From the NCBI GenBank assembly GCA_030645735.1, contig JAUSNP010000006.1, forward strand, positions 132,095-196,094: a stretch of DNA of 64,000 nt. Direction: 5' to 3'. Shown here one piece after another: positions 29,169 through 37,545 of the stretch. A program made the position numbers and the translations under genes. The DNA comes from Candidatus Moraniibacteriota bacterium. GTDB lineage: Bacteria > Patescibacteriota > Minisyncoccia > Moranbacterales > UBA2206. The notes beneath the pieces are model-generated. The model was not told the DNA's origin. It did no database searches and saw only the letters and a program-made list of their open reading frames with translations. Every line of letters starts with the position of its first letter. The first letter of the stretch is position 1.

Positions 29169-29705
29169 TTAAGCCAATACTTTATTTAAATCTTCCGGAT
29201 TATTAAAGAAAATTATTTTCGATTTAGTTTTATGCCCTTCTTTAATAAATTCTTTTATTGTATGCCCTGTTATGCCCCCACTTCCCTCTAAAACATACAT
29301 GTCCTTCGACATTCCACTAGTTATTGTAACCTCGTACATTGTGCCTACCTTCCCGCTAATAACTATTGCCATGTCAATGTTTAAGCACATATCCAAAGAC
29401 CTCAGATAATTATCAATGCCTAATAATTTTTTATTAAAATACTTTTTTTGAAAAATAACATTGGCATATTTTGATAAATCAACATTATGAAATTGTGAAT
29501 GATCCGACATGGATTTCCCAACGGCATATGAAATTACTTTTCCACCATTTTTAATTGCAGAAAGTGCTACTGCATGAGGATAGCCGCTTGTGCCACCCGT
29601 TACTACGGTATGATTATTAATGGCAATCAATTTGCCAATTTCTTTCGCCTTTTTAATTATTTCTTTATCACTAGCCTTGGTTGTTCCAAAAATTCCTATT
29701 TTCAT
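29169..29705 (-). CDS. LOG/SLOG-family nucleotide-binding protein
   Basis: IGIFG, VVTGGTSG, GKVGTMYE (variant of GGxGTxxE). Confidence 0.7.
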   Translation of the reverse strand: MKIGIFGTTKASDKEIIKKAKEIGKLIAINNHTVVTGGTSGYPHAVALSAIKNGGKVISYAVGKSMSDHSQFHNVDLSKYANVIFQKKYFNKKLLGIDNYLRSLDMCLNIDMAIVISGKVGTMYEVTITSGMSKDMYVLEGSGGITGHTIKEFIKEGHKTKSKIIFFNNPEDLNKVLA

Positions 29706-29709
29706 AATT

Positions 29710-31329
29710 TTATTTCTCATTACTAATAAAAGCTATTCCCAAAAACACCCACAAAAATCCCAGCATAATTCCGGAGTTGAAGAGATTTGGAATAGTCAAA
29801 GCAAACCAACCGAGCAGGATGAAGAGTGGCAAGAATTTCTGTGAATCTTTGGCCAGGAAAAAGTCGCGCGCGGATTTGCCAAGAATCCAAAGCCAAACTG
29901 CCAAAAATGCCAAGAGACCAATGATACCAGAACCCAACCAAATTTCCAGAAAGATGTTGCTGGCATTGAGTCCAGTTCCACGCTCATCGGTGCCCAAGTA
30001 TGAACTGACGTTGCCCCAACCGATTCCTAGGATTGGATTTTGCTTTATCAAATTCCAAGATTTTTTGTAAATTTCTGATCGCACATTCACATTGGGATCC
30101 CTTCGGAAAACTTCCGTCACAAAATGACCAGCTGATTTTTCAGTTTCAACTTCTTCCAAATTTATATGCCTACAATTTATTGTTTCTAGATCGCTAAGTT
30201 CTTGTGGTTGCGCATCAAAACTTTTTTCTTCCAAACAAGAGATGGTTATCTTCTGCAACCCACCCGTGCTTTGCACACGATTAGCTAATTGAAAATTGGT
30301 CAGATGGAAAAAATATACCATGACAACAGCAATCATGAATGCGCATATCACTTTGATTTTCATCCAAAAAGCCTCTCTCCATTGCCACTCCCTAAAATTC
30401 AATTTCAATCGAGTGATGACCGCAAACCACAAAAGAATAGTCACTCCCACTGCTCCCAGCCAAGCGCTTCTTGAGACAGTGAGAATAAGTGCTATAAAAA
30501 TTAGTGTCAAAAAAATAAATATGATCATGTCATTGCGAGCGACTGAAAGGAGCGCGGCAATCTCTTTCTGAGACTCCTCAGGCCTTTGTGTATCAGTATG
30601 AGATTGCTTCGTCGTTTCCCTCCTCGCAATGACAGTGTTTTGGTATAAAATAGTATAAATAATTGCCAACAAAAGAACTAGGAAAATGCCGAGCCAATCC
30701 GCTTCCGCAAAAGTTCCATTCGGTCTCCCTGGCATCACTTCAAAATGACTTGCGCCACGCATAAACTGAATATTTTGCCAGATGCCATACAAAACTACGA
30801 CAACCGACGAGCTCAAGAAAAATGGAATGACTTTTTTCAAATCTTCTGATGTCTGAATATAATTGCGTACGAGGAAGTATAAAAAAATAAACGATGTCAA
30901 AACCACTGATTGCTTCAAGCCCACTCCTCTGTTGCTAGCAAAAATTGCACTCACAAAACTGGCGGCGCCAAACACAATCATTGCCCAATCATACCAAGCT
31001 AATCTAATTAATTTGAAATTCAAACGTTTGGTCGCCAAGCGAATGATGATGGCCAAAATTGTCAGCCCGCCAAAAAATTGATACGGACGAATAGCTATGC
31101 CCAATTCCACTGGCGCCAAATTGATATTTTCCAACATACTTGTCCCGGCAAACAACAAAAATCCCCAGCCGGGACGATAGAGTGTCAAAAGCAAAGTCAA
31201 AATCGCGAAGAAAATGAAATCTTCCAAACGCAATGGCAAAACATTCAGATTGAAAAGCATAATGGCAAAAAAGACCAAAGCGACATTGGTAATTAGCAGG
31301 AGTATTTGATTTTTATTTTTTAGAAACAT
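29710..31329 (-). CDS. O-antigen ligase/Wzy_C-family protein with in-frame palindromic insertion
   Basis: Multi-TM; RPNGTF, LTVSRSAW, PILGIGWGN, SNIFLE..GIIG. Confidence 0.88.
   Translation of the reverse strand: MFLKNKNQILLLITNVALVFFAIMLFNLNVLPLRLEDFIFFAILTLLLTLYRPGWGFLLFAGTSMLENINLAPVELGIAIRPYQFFGGLTILAIIIRLATKRLNFKLIRLAWYDWAMIVFGAASFVSAIFASNRGVGLKQSVVLTSFIFLYFLVRNYIQTSEDLKKVIPFFLSSSVVVVLYGIWQNIQFMRGASHFEVMPGRPNGTFAEADWLGIFLVLLLAIIYTILYQNTVIARRETTKQSHTDTQRPEESQKEIAALLSVARNDMIIFIFLTLIFIALILTVSRSAWLGAVGVTILLWFAVITRLKLNFREWQWREAFWMKIKVICAFMIAVVMVYFFHLTNFQLANRVQSTGGLQKITISCLEEKSFDAQPQELSDLETINCRHINLEEVETEKSAGHFVTEVFRRDPNVNVRSEIYKKSWNLIKQNPILGIGWGNVSSYLGTDERGTGLNASNIFLEIWLGSGIIGLLAFLAVWLWILGKSARDFFLAKDSQKFLPLFILLGWFALTIPNLFNSGIMLGFLWVFLGIAFISNEK
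30528..30634 (-). mobile_element. family-A palindromic mini-element, translated in-frame
   Basis: 107 bp, about 9 mismatches to 6517-6623; encodes VIARRETTKQSHTDTQRPEESQKEIAALLSVARND. Confidence 0.9.
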
Positions 31330-31342
31330 TTTATTTATTGCA

Positions 31343-31424
31343 TTGTCATTCCCGTGAAAACGGGAATCTAGTGTAGAAACTTAATAATGCACGACTGGAT
31401 TCCCGATCAGGTCGGGAATGACAA
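31343..31424. repeat. dRS3-like double-hairpin element (family-B variant)
   Basis: TTGTCATTCCCG-N6-CGGGAATC...GATTCCCG-N6-CGGGAATGACAA. Confidence 0.85.
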
Positions 31425-31429
31425 AAAAA

Positions 31430-32587
31430 TTATAAACTCTTAACCACATTAAAAACTTTAGCACTGAACTTGCCCCAGGAAAAATATTGCGCTCGCTCTT
31501 TGCCACGCACCACCAACGCCAAACGCAATTGTGCATGCAACAAAAGATTTTTCATGACCATCGCAATATCCAAAACATCTTTGGGGTCGCAATACAAAGC
31601 TCCGTCTTGTCCAACCTCTGGCAAAGAAGAATGCTTGGAGGTGATGGCTGGTGTGCCTGCGCTCATGGCTTCCAAAACTGGCATCCCAAAACCTTCATAG
31701 TGTGATGGGTAAACGAACATCACCGATTGGTTATATAGTGACGGCAAATCAGCTTGTGGCACGAAACCCAGCAGACGCACATGTTTGGTCAAATTCAATT
31801 CCTTGGTCAGCTTTTGCACATCCGTGATAAGTGGCGCCAACTCCGGCATCATCTTACCAGAAACAACCAGCTTGGGAAATTCATGTACAAAATGTTCATT
31901 GGCATTTTTTTCCAACAAAAATTTGTAGGCGCGAATGACGCCCTCGGTGTTCTTGCGCACCTCCAATCCTCCACCAGTATATATGTAGCCAGGTTTCAAA
32001 CGATATTTTTTCAGTACAGACGAGGCATGCCTCGTCTCTACCTTTTTTTTGTAGATTGCATCCACATCAATATAATTCACTGAGATTTCTTGTGGATCAA
32101 TTCCCAAATGTTCAATCAGATCCTTCTCGGTGCGCGATGACACAGCCAAGATCCTGTCGGCGCGCTTGATGGCTTTTTCAGTCAATGACCAATACAACTT
32201 CTTGCGCCAATTGTTCAGATATTCTGGAAACAACTTGGGAATCAAATCATGCACCACCATCACATGCTTGATGTTTTTGTTCAAAATAGTCGGACATTGA
32301 TACATCGAAATCAAAGCTTCACAGCCATCTTGCTTGACCATCTTGGGCAAACTCCACTTCTCCCACCAAATCTTGCGAATCAAATCATCCCTCTTCCAAG
32401 CTGGCAAAAAAATCTTCTTGCTGAAGTTTTTGGGCAATTTGATGTCTCTCGGCAGATCCTCTTCCAAATACAACACAAACTCATCGCTCGTTTTTTTCTG
32501 AGCGATCTTCTTCAAAAAATTGATTGTCACCTGCCCAATCCCACTTCCAGGCTTGCGGGCAAATGAGGCGTTGATTGCAATTTTCAT
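31430..32587 (-). CDS. GT4 glycosyltransferase containing an in-frame GTAG-type REP
   Basis: VHDLIP, RKN, YPSHYEGFGMPVLEAM. Confidence 0.93.
   Translation of the reverse strand: MKIAINASFARKPGSGIGQVTINFLKKIAQKKTSDEFVLYLEEDLPRDIKLPKNFSKKIFLPAWKRDDLIRKIWWEKWSLPKMVKQDGCEALISMYQCPTILNKNIKHVMVVHDLIPKLFPEYLNNWRKKLYWSLTEKAIKRADRILAVSSRTEKDLIEHLGIDPQEISVNYIDVDAIYKKKVETRHASSVLKKYRLKPGYIYTGGGLEVRKNTEGVIRAYKFLLEKNANEHFVHEFPKLVVSGKMMPELAPLITDVQKLTKELNLTKHVRLLGFVPQADLPSLYNQSVMFVYPSHYEGFGMPVLEAMSAGTPAITSKHSSLPEVGQDGALYCDPKDVLDIAMVMKNLLLHAQLRLALVVRGKERAQYFSWGKFSAKVFNVVKSL
32014..32041 (-). repeat. GTAG-type REP palindrome inside CDS
   Basis: GTAGAGACGAGGCATGCCTCGTCTGTAC encoding VETRHASSV. Confidence 0.8.
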
Positions 32588-32717
32588 AATGACTATATTG
32601 TAGCATATTTTTTATTTTTTATGCCATTTGACTCCCTCGCTCAGTATCATATAATAATATCTAGTTACCCAGACAGTCTGGATAGCTACTAATTATAAAA
32701 AATATTAAATTAATCGT

Positions 32718-34001
32718 ATGTCAGAAAAAAGAACACAGAAAGTTTGCGTTGTCGGCTTGGGCTATGTTGGTTTGCCATTGGCCGTGCGTTGCGTAGAAAA
32801 AGGCTATGAGACATATGGACTAGAAAGAGATCAGAAAAAAGTTGATTTGATCAACAAAGGCAAGAGTCCGATTGAAGAAAAATTCTTAGAAGACAATTTG
32901 CCAAAATTCAAACCGACTACCACCACTGATGAAAAAATCATCAAGAAGTGTGACATCATTTTGATTTGCGTGCCAACTCCGGTTGACTCTATGTATATGC
33001 CAGATCTGACTCCAGTTATTGGTGCTAGCGAAGCTGTGATGCGCAATCTGAAAAAAGGCGCTTTGGTAGTTTTGGAATCTACGGTGAATCCTGGTGTCAG
33101 CGAAGAAGTTATCCGACCAATTTTCGAAGAAGCTGGTTTCAAAGTGGGCAAAGATGTTTTCATCGCGCATTGCCCAGAAAGAATCAATCCAGGCGACCCA
33201 AAATGGAATGTGACCAACATCCCACGCGTGGTTGGATCATTCGACAAAACCGGTCTTGATATCGCCGTGAAATTTTATGAAAGCATCGTGGATGGCAACA
33301 TCCGCCCAATGAAATCAATTCGTGAAGCGGAAGCGGTGAAAATTGTGGAAAATTCATTCCGCGACATCAATATTGCTTTCGTGAATGAACTAGCCAAATC
33401 TTTCGACAAGCTCGGTATTGATGTAAAAGATGTGATCCTAGGAGCTTCGACCAAACCATTTGCTTTTATGCCTCACTTCCCTGCTTGCGGAGTCGGCGGA
33501 CATTGCATTCCAGTTGATCCCTATTATTTGATTGAGCGCGCCAAGAAATCTGGCTTCGATCACAAATTCTTGAAAATTGCGCGAGAAATAAACAATTCTA
33601 TGCCAGCCTACACGACTGAATTGATGCAAGACGCCTTGAATGAATTGCAAATGCCCATGAAAGGCACCAAAATTGGCGTGTTAGGAATTTCCTACAAAGC
33701 CAACGTAGATGACACGCGTGAATCTCCAACTTTCAAAATTTTAGACCTGTTGGAAGAACATGGTGTGAAATATGACACTTTCGATCCGCACATCTTGGGC
33801 AAATCCAGCATCAAAACTCTCGGCGCACTTTTGAAAAAAGTTGACGCTTTGATTATTGCGACCGACCACAAAGAATTCAAAGAAATTGATCCGAAACTTT
33901 TCAAACAAAACGGCATCAAAGTCATCATCGACGGCAAGAACTGTCTCGACAAAGACGCCATCAAAAAACTCGGTATTATTTATAAAGGTATTGGACGATA
34001 A
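32718..34001 (+). CDS. UDP-N-acetylhexosamine 6-dehydrogenase (WecC/WbpA family)
   Basis: GLGYVGLP, CVPTP, PERINPG, GGHCIPVDP, DTRESP. Confidence 0.92.
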   Translation: MSEKRTQKVCVVGLGYVGLPLAVRCVEKGYETYGLERDQKKVDLINKGKSPIEEKFLEDNLPKFKPTTTTDEKIIKKCDIILICVPTPVDSMYMPDLTPVIGASEAVMRNLKKGALVVLESTVNPGVSEEVIRPIFEEAGFKVGKDVFIAHCPERINPGDPKWNVTNIPRVVGSFDKTGLDIAVKFYESIVDGNIRPMKSIREAEAVKIVENSFRDINIAFVNELAKSFDKLGIDVKDVILGASTKPFAFMPHFPACGVGGHCIPVDPYYLIERAKKSGFDHKFLKIAREINNSMPAYTTELMQDALNELQMPMKGTKIGVLGISYKANVDDTRESPTFKILDLLEEHGVKYDTFDPHILGKSSIKTLGALLKKVDALIIATDHKEFKEIDPKLFKQNGIKVIIDGKNCLDKDAIKKLGIIYKGIGR

Positions 34002-34109
34002 AAATATAATTTTATCTTTTTAAATGACCACACCATCAAGCTTCGAGAAATCGAAGCTTGACTTGCTATTTGGTCGATTTTTTGCCATAATAAAAATAAT
34101 GTGAAGCCT

Positions 34110-34210
34110 TGTCATTGCGAGGAAGTTCCGCCTCGGAACGACCGCGGCAATCCCAAGCATTGATGCATTGAATATGAGATTGCCACGCTCCTTCGTCGCT
34201 CGCAATGACA
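34110..34210. mobile_element. family-A palindromic mini-element (intergenic, diverged)
   Basis: TGTCATTGCGAGG...GAGATTGCCACGCTCCTTCGTCGCTCGCAATGACA. Confidence 0.85.
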
Positions 34211-34245
34211 GTGAATATAAATTCTAATTTAATAAAAAATAAATT

Positions 34246-34482
34246 ATGTTTGACCTATTGAAATCAATCGTCTGGATCGTCGTGATGCTTGCACTGGCCT
34301 ATTTCATAATGAGCTACTTTGGCTATGAACCAAATTTAGAATATTTCTCCACTAGCAAAGAAGCTTGCCAAGCCAAAATCAAGGATTGTACAAACAATGT
34401 GATTCACAATGGCATTGATAACGCTGACAAATGCAATTTCAATTGCGTCAATCCAGAACTAATCATTAAGAAAGCAAACTAA
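34246..34482 (+). CDS. small membrane-anchored Cys-rich protein
   Basis: N-terminal TM, four Cys; TAATG overlap with the next gene. Confidence 0.7.
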   Translation: MFDLLKSIVWIVVMLALAYFIMSYFGYEPNLEYFSTSKEACQAKIKDCTNNVIHNGIDNADKCNFNCVNPELIIKKAN

Positions 34483-35468
34483 TGCGACTAATTGTAAACA
34501 TTCCAGCCTACAACGAAGAAAGTATTGTGGGTGAAACCATCGCCAAAATCAAAGAAAGCTTCAAGGCTGATTTTTATACCAATAAAGGCGCTGTCATCAC
34601 GGAAAAATTGATCCAAGTGGTAGACGATGGCTCTACTGATGCCACCGCGCAAGTTGCCAAGGAAGCTGGCGCAGATATCGTAGTTTCCTACAAACCCAAT
34701 CGCCGACTCGCCTATTCTTTCAAGCAGGCCGTGGAAAGTTCACTCGTAAACGGCGCTGATTTGATGGTCAACATTGACGCTGACGGACAATTCAATGCCA
34801 ATGACATTCCGCAACTTTTGACTCCGATTTTGGAAGGTGATGTGGACATGGTCATCGCCAATCGCTTTGGTGAAATTGCCGCCAAAAACATTCCGTGGGT
34901 TAGAAAAAATCTAAATAAATTTGCTGCCAGCGTAATCGGCTTTTTCTTAGGTTACAAAACTAACGACCTGACTTGCGGTTTCCGTGCGCACAATCGCGAA
35001 GCTATGTTGCGCTTGAATTTGACCAATGTGCATTTCACCTACACTCAAGAAACTATCATCGATGCGATTGGCAAAAATTTGAAACTGGCCTGGGTGCCGA
35101 TTGAAGTCACCTATTTCGACCACCGTGAGGCCAAAATCACCAAATCACTTTGGAAATTTGTGAACAACTCCACCAAAATCATCTTGAAGGCCGTGCGGGA
35201 TGTGCGACCAATGAAATTCTTTGGAATTCCTGGGCTATTCTTGATTTTCCTTTCCCTGATTTCATTTGCAATTTTCCTATACAACTATTTCCCTGATTTC
35301 AAAATCACTCAATATAGAAACTACCTAATTTTCGGCATTGCCTTGTTTTTAGTTGGACTGCAATTTGTCGTCTTCGCCCTGATTGCTGACATGATCAAAT
35401 CCTCACGTCAATTGACGGAAGAATTGATGTATCAGTGGAAGAAGGATAAGTTTAATAATAAAAAGTAG
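34482..35468 (+). CDS. GT2 polyprenyl-phosphate sugar synthase (DPM-like) with C-terminal TMs
   Basis: IPAYNEE, VDDGSTD, IDADGQ, DLTCGFRA. Confidence 0.9.
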   Translation: MRLIVNIPAYNEESIVGETIAKIKESFKADFYTNKGAVITEKLIQVVDDGSTDATAQVAKEAGADIVVSYKPNRRLAYSFKQAVESSLVNGADLMVNIDADGQFNANDIPQLLTPILEGDVDMVIANRFGEIAAKNIPWVRKNLNKFAASVIGFFLGYKTNDLTCGFRAHNREAMLRLNLTNVHFTYTQETIIDAIGKNLKLAWVPIEVTYFDHREAKITKSLWKFVNNSTKIILKAVRDVRPMKFFGIPGLFLIFLSLISFAIFLYNYFPDFKITQYRNYLIFGIALFLVGLQFVVFALIADMIKSSRQLTEELMYQWKKDKFNNKK

Positions 35469-35619
35469 TTTACTTTTTTATACAAAGCTTTAATTAAGCC
35501 GAAATACATCGGCTATATTGACTTATTTGCAAAATAGGTATATAATATTAATCTGGCTGAAATCAGTGCCAGCATCGTATAATTGGGTCATAGTGAACCC
35601 ATCTCAAAGGAGAAAAATC

Positions 35620-35997
35620 ATGAACTTTAAAAAATTAACTATCACCATTGCAGGAGACCTCAAAGGTAAACTTCAAGGAAATTACGCATTGCAAACCTCC
35701 TTGGGAATGCAGTCTGCATTGAAGTTTTCAAATGGAATCATACTCATCAATTTGACTCCAGCAGATTCAAACCTTGAATTATTTTCTGATTGTAAACTAT
35801 TTAAAAGCAAAGCCATCAGAAATGATGATTTGCGAAAAGCATTTGACGCGTGCAACCGCATATCTGTCGAGCTGTCAGCATGTAATGCCGGAGCAATTTG
35901 TCTCAGAGCTAAATTCTTCAGTTCTGGTAAAAATTCGTTCTTCGAGATTACGGCACTATTCGCCATCGAAGATGGTAGAATCATTGCGCTAGCCTAA
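35620..35997 (+). CDS. orphan hypothetical protein
   Basis: AAGGAG SD before ATG 35620; TTGACT..TATAAT promoter near 35518. Confidence 0.6.
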   Translation: MNFKKLTITIAGDLKGKLQGNYALQTSLGMQSALKFSNGIILINLTPADSNLELFSDCKLFKSKAIRNDDLRKAFDACNRISVELSACNAGAICLRAKFFSSGKNSFFEITALFAIEDGRIIALA

Positions 35998-36006
35998 TTC
36001 GCAACA

Positions 36007-36168
36007 GAACAGTCAGACTGGCAAGGGCTGTTCAAGTGCCACAAGCACTGAAGTTTTGCTAAACCTCTAATTTATGGATTTTTCTTAGTAGCGGCGAGCG
36101 AACAGAAAAGATTTCTTTTCAGCACCAGCTGAGGAAATGTAGTGTCCATATTGCAGAGGTTTTTTTAT
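36007..36168 (+). ncRNA. structured 3' RNA element ending in a U-run
   Basis: Hairpins GAACAGTC/GGCTGTTC and AGTGC/GCACT, then a rod from AAACCTCT (36061) to AGAGGTTT (36162). Confidence 0.4.
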
Positions 36169-36236
36169 TTTTTCATAGCCCACAGATAGCTTGAAAATTA
36201 ACTTGTTTTAAGGTAGAATTAGATAGTAAATTAACC

Positions 36237-36338
36237 CTGTCATCCTGAACTTTATTCAGGATCTACTCTGCGTTTCACTGAGATAAATTTAGATTAATGA
36301 TACAGTGAGCAGATTCCGGGTCAAGCCCGGAATGACAG
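36237..36338. mobile_element. family-B palindromic mini-element
   Basis: CTGTCATCCTGAA..TTCAGGATCT...AGATTCCGGGTCAAGCCCGGAATGACAG. Confidence 0.88.
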
Positions 36339-36348
36339 CACTATACTT

Positions 36349-37431
36349 ATGCGAATTTTATTTATTTCCCACGCTTATCCGCCTACTGTTGGTGGCGTGG
36401 AAAACCAGAATTTTGAACTTTCCACTTGGCTAGGAGAAATTGCGGAAGTCAAAACCATTGCCAACGGACGAGGCAAGAAGTTTTTGCCATTTTGGATGCC
36501 CTACGCTCTCGTAAAGAGTCTTTTTCTGATGCCAAAATATGATGTCATCCTTTTGGGCAATGCCCTCTTAGCACACATGGGCTGGATATTGAAAATCATT
36601 TATAGAAAACCTGTAGTTGTTGTAGTGCATGGATTGGATTTAACTTTCCAGAATTGGTGCTACCAAAAATTCTGGGTCAATTTTTTCATCCCCAAAATGG
36701 ACAAACTTGTTTGTGTTGGCAACGAAACAGTTCGCGTAGCCAAAGAAAAAGGCATCGCGGAAGACAAATTGGTTTTCATTCCCAATGGCGTCAACACCAA
36801 CAAATTTCAGTCGGAATATAATTGGTCAGAAATTAAAAAAATCTTTGGACGAAAACTGGAAAGCAAAAAAGTTTTGATGACTTCTGGCAGACTGGCCAGA
36901 AGAAAAGGCGTGGCTTGGTTTGTGCGCAATGTGATGCCGAAGTTGCCGGAAAATATTTTGTATATCGTGGCAGGTGACGGCGCTGATCGAGAAAATATTG
37001 AGCAAGCTATCACAGAAAACAATTTATCCGAACGCGTGAAAATGATTGGCTACATGGGCGACCCGGTGCGCGACATGCTTTTCCACACTTGCGATCTTTT
37101 CATTCAACCCAACATCAAAGTGGCTGGTGATATGGAAGGCTTTGGCTTGTCAGTTATTGAAGCAGCTTTTTGTGGCATTCCAGTCATTGCTTCGCGTTTG
37201 GAAGGCTTGCAAGACGCCATCAAAGATGGTCAAGACGGCTTTTTGATTGAACCAGAAGACGCGTCAGGCTATGTCACAAAAATCAATGAACTTTTGTCAG
37301 ATGACACAGCCCGCAAAGCTTTTGGACAACAAGCACGACAATTTGTCATTGATAATTTTGGTTGGGAAAAGATTGCGCAAAAATATTTAGATGAAATTGA
37401 GAAAGTGATCAATAAGAAAAATATCACATAA
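36349..37431 (+). CDS. GT4 glycosyltransferase
   Basis: YPPTVGGVE, GRLARRKG, EGFGLSVIEA. Confidence 0.93.
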   Translation: MRILFISHAYPPTVGGVENQNFELSTWLGEIAEVKTIANGRGKKFLPFWMPYALVKSLFLMPKYDVILLGNALLAHMGWILKIIYRKPVVVVVHGLDLTFQNWCYQKFWVNFFIPKMDKLVCVGNETVRVAKEKGIAEDKLVFIPNGVNTNKFQSEYNWSEIKKIFGRKLESKKVLMTSGRLARRKGVAWFVRNVMPKLPENILYIVAGDGADRENIEQAITENNLSERVKMIGYMGDPVRDMLFHTCDLFIQPNIKVAGDMEGFGLSVIEAAFCGIPVIASRLEGLQDAIKDGQDGFLIEPEDASGYVTKINELLSDDTARKAFGQQARQFVIDNFGWEKIAQKYLDEIEKVINKKNIT

Positions 37432-37435
37432 ACTC

Positions 37436-37535
37436 TGTCATTCCGGCCTTGAGCCGGAATCTACTCACCGTATCGTGAATCTAAATTTAATTCAGTGAAA
37501 TGTAAAATAGATCCCGGGTCAAGCCCGGGATGACA
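37436..37535. mobile_element. family-B palindromic mini-element
   Basis: TGTCATTCCGGCCTTGAGCCGGAATCT...AGATCCCGGGTCAAGCCCGGGATGACA. Confidence 0.9.
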
Positions 37536-37545
37536 TTACAAAAAT

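Noticed and set aside
34020-34205. 61-aa ORF on the minus strand
   Set aside because: Mostly translation of the family-A element.
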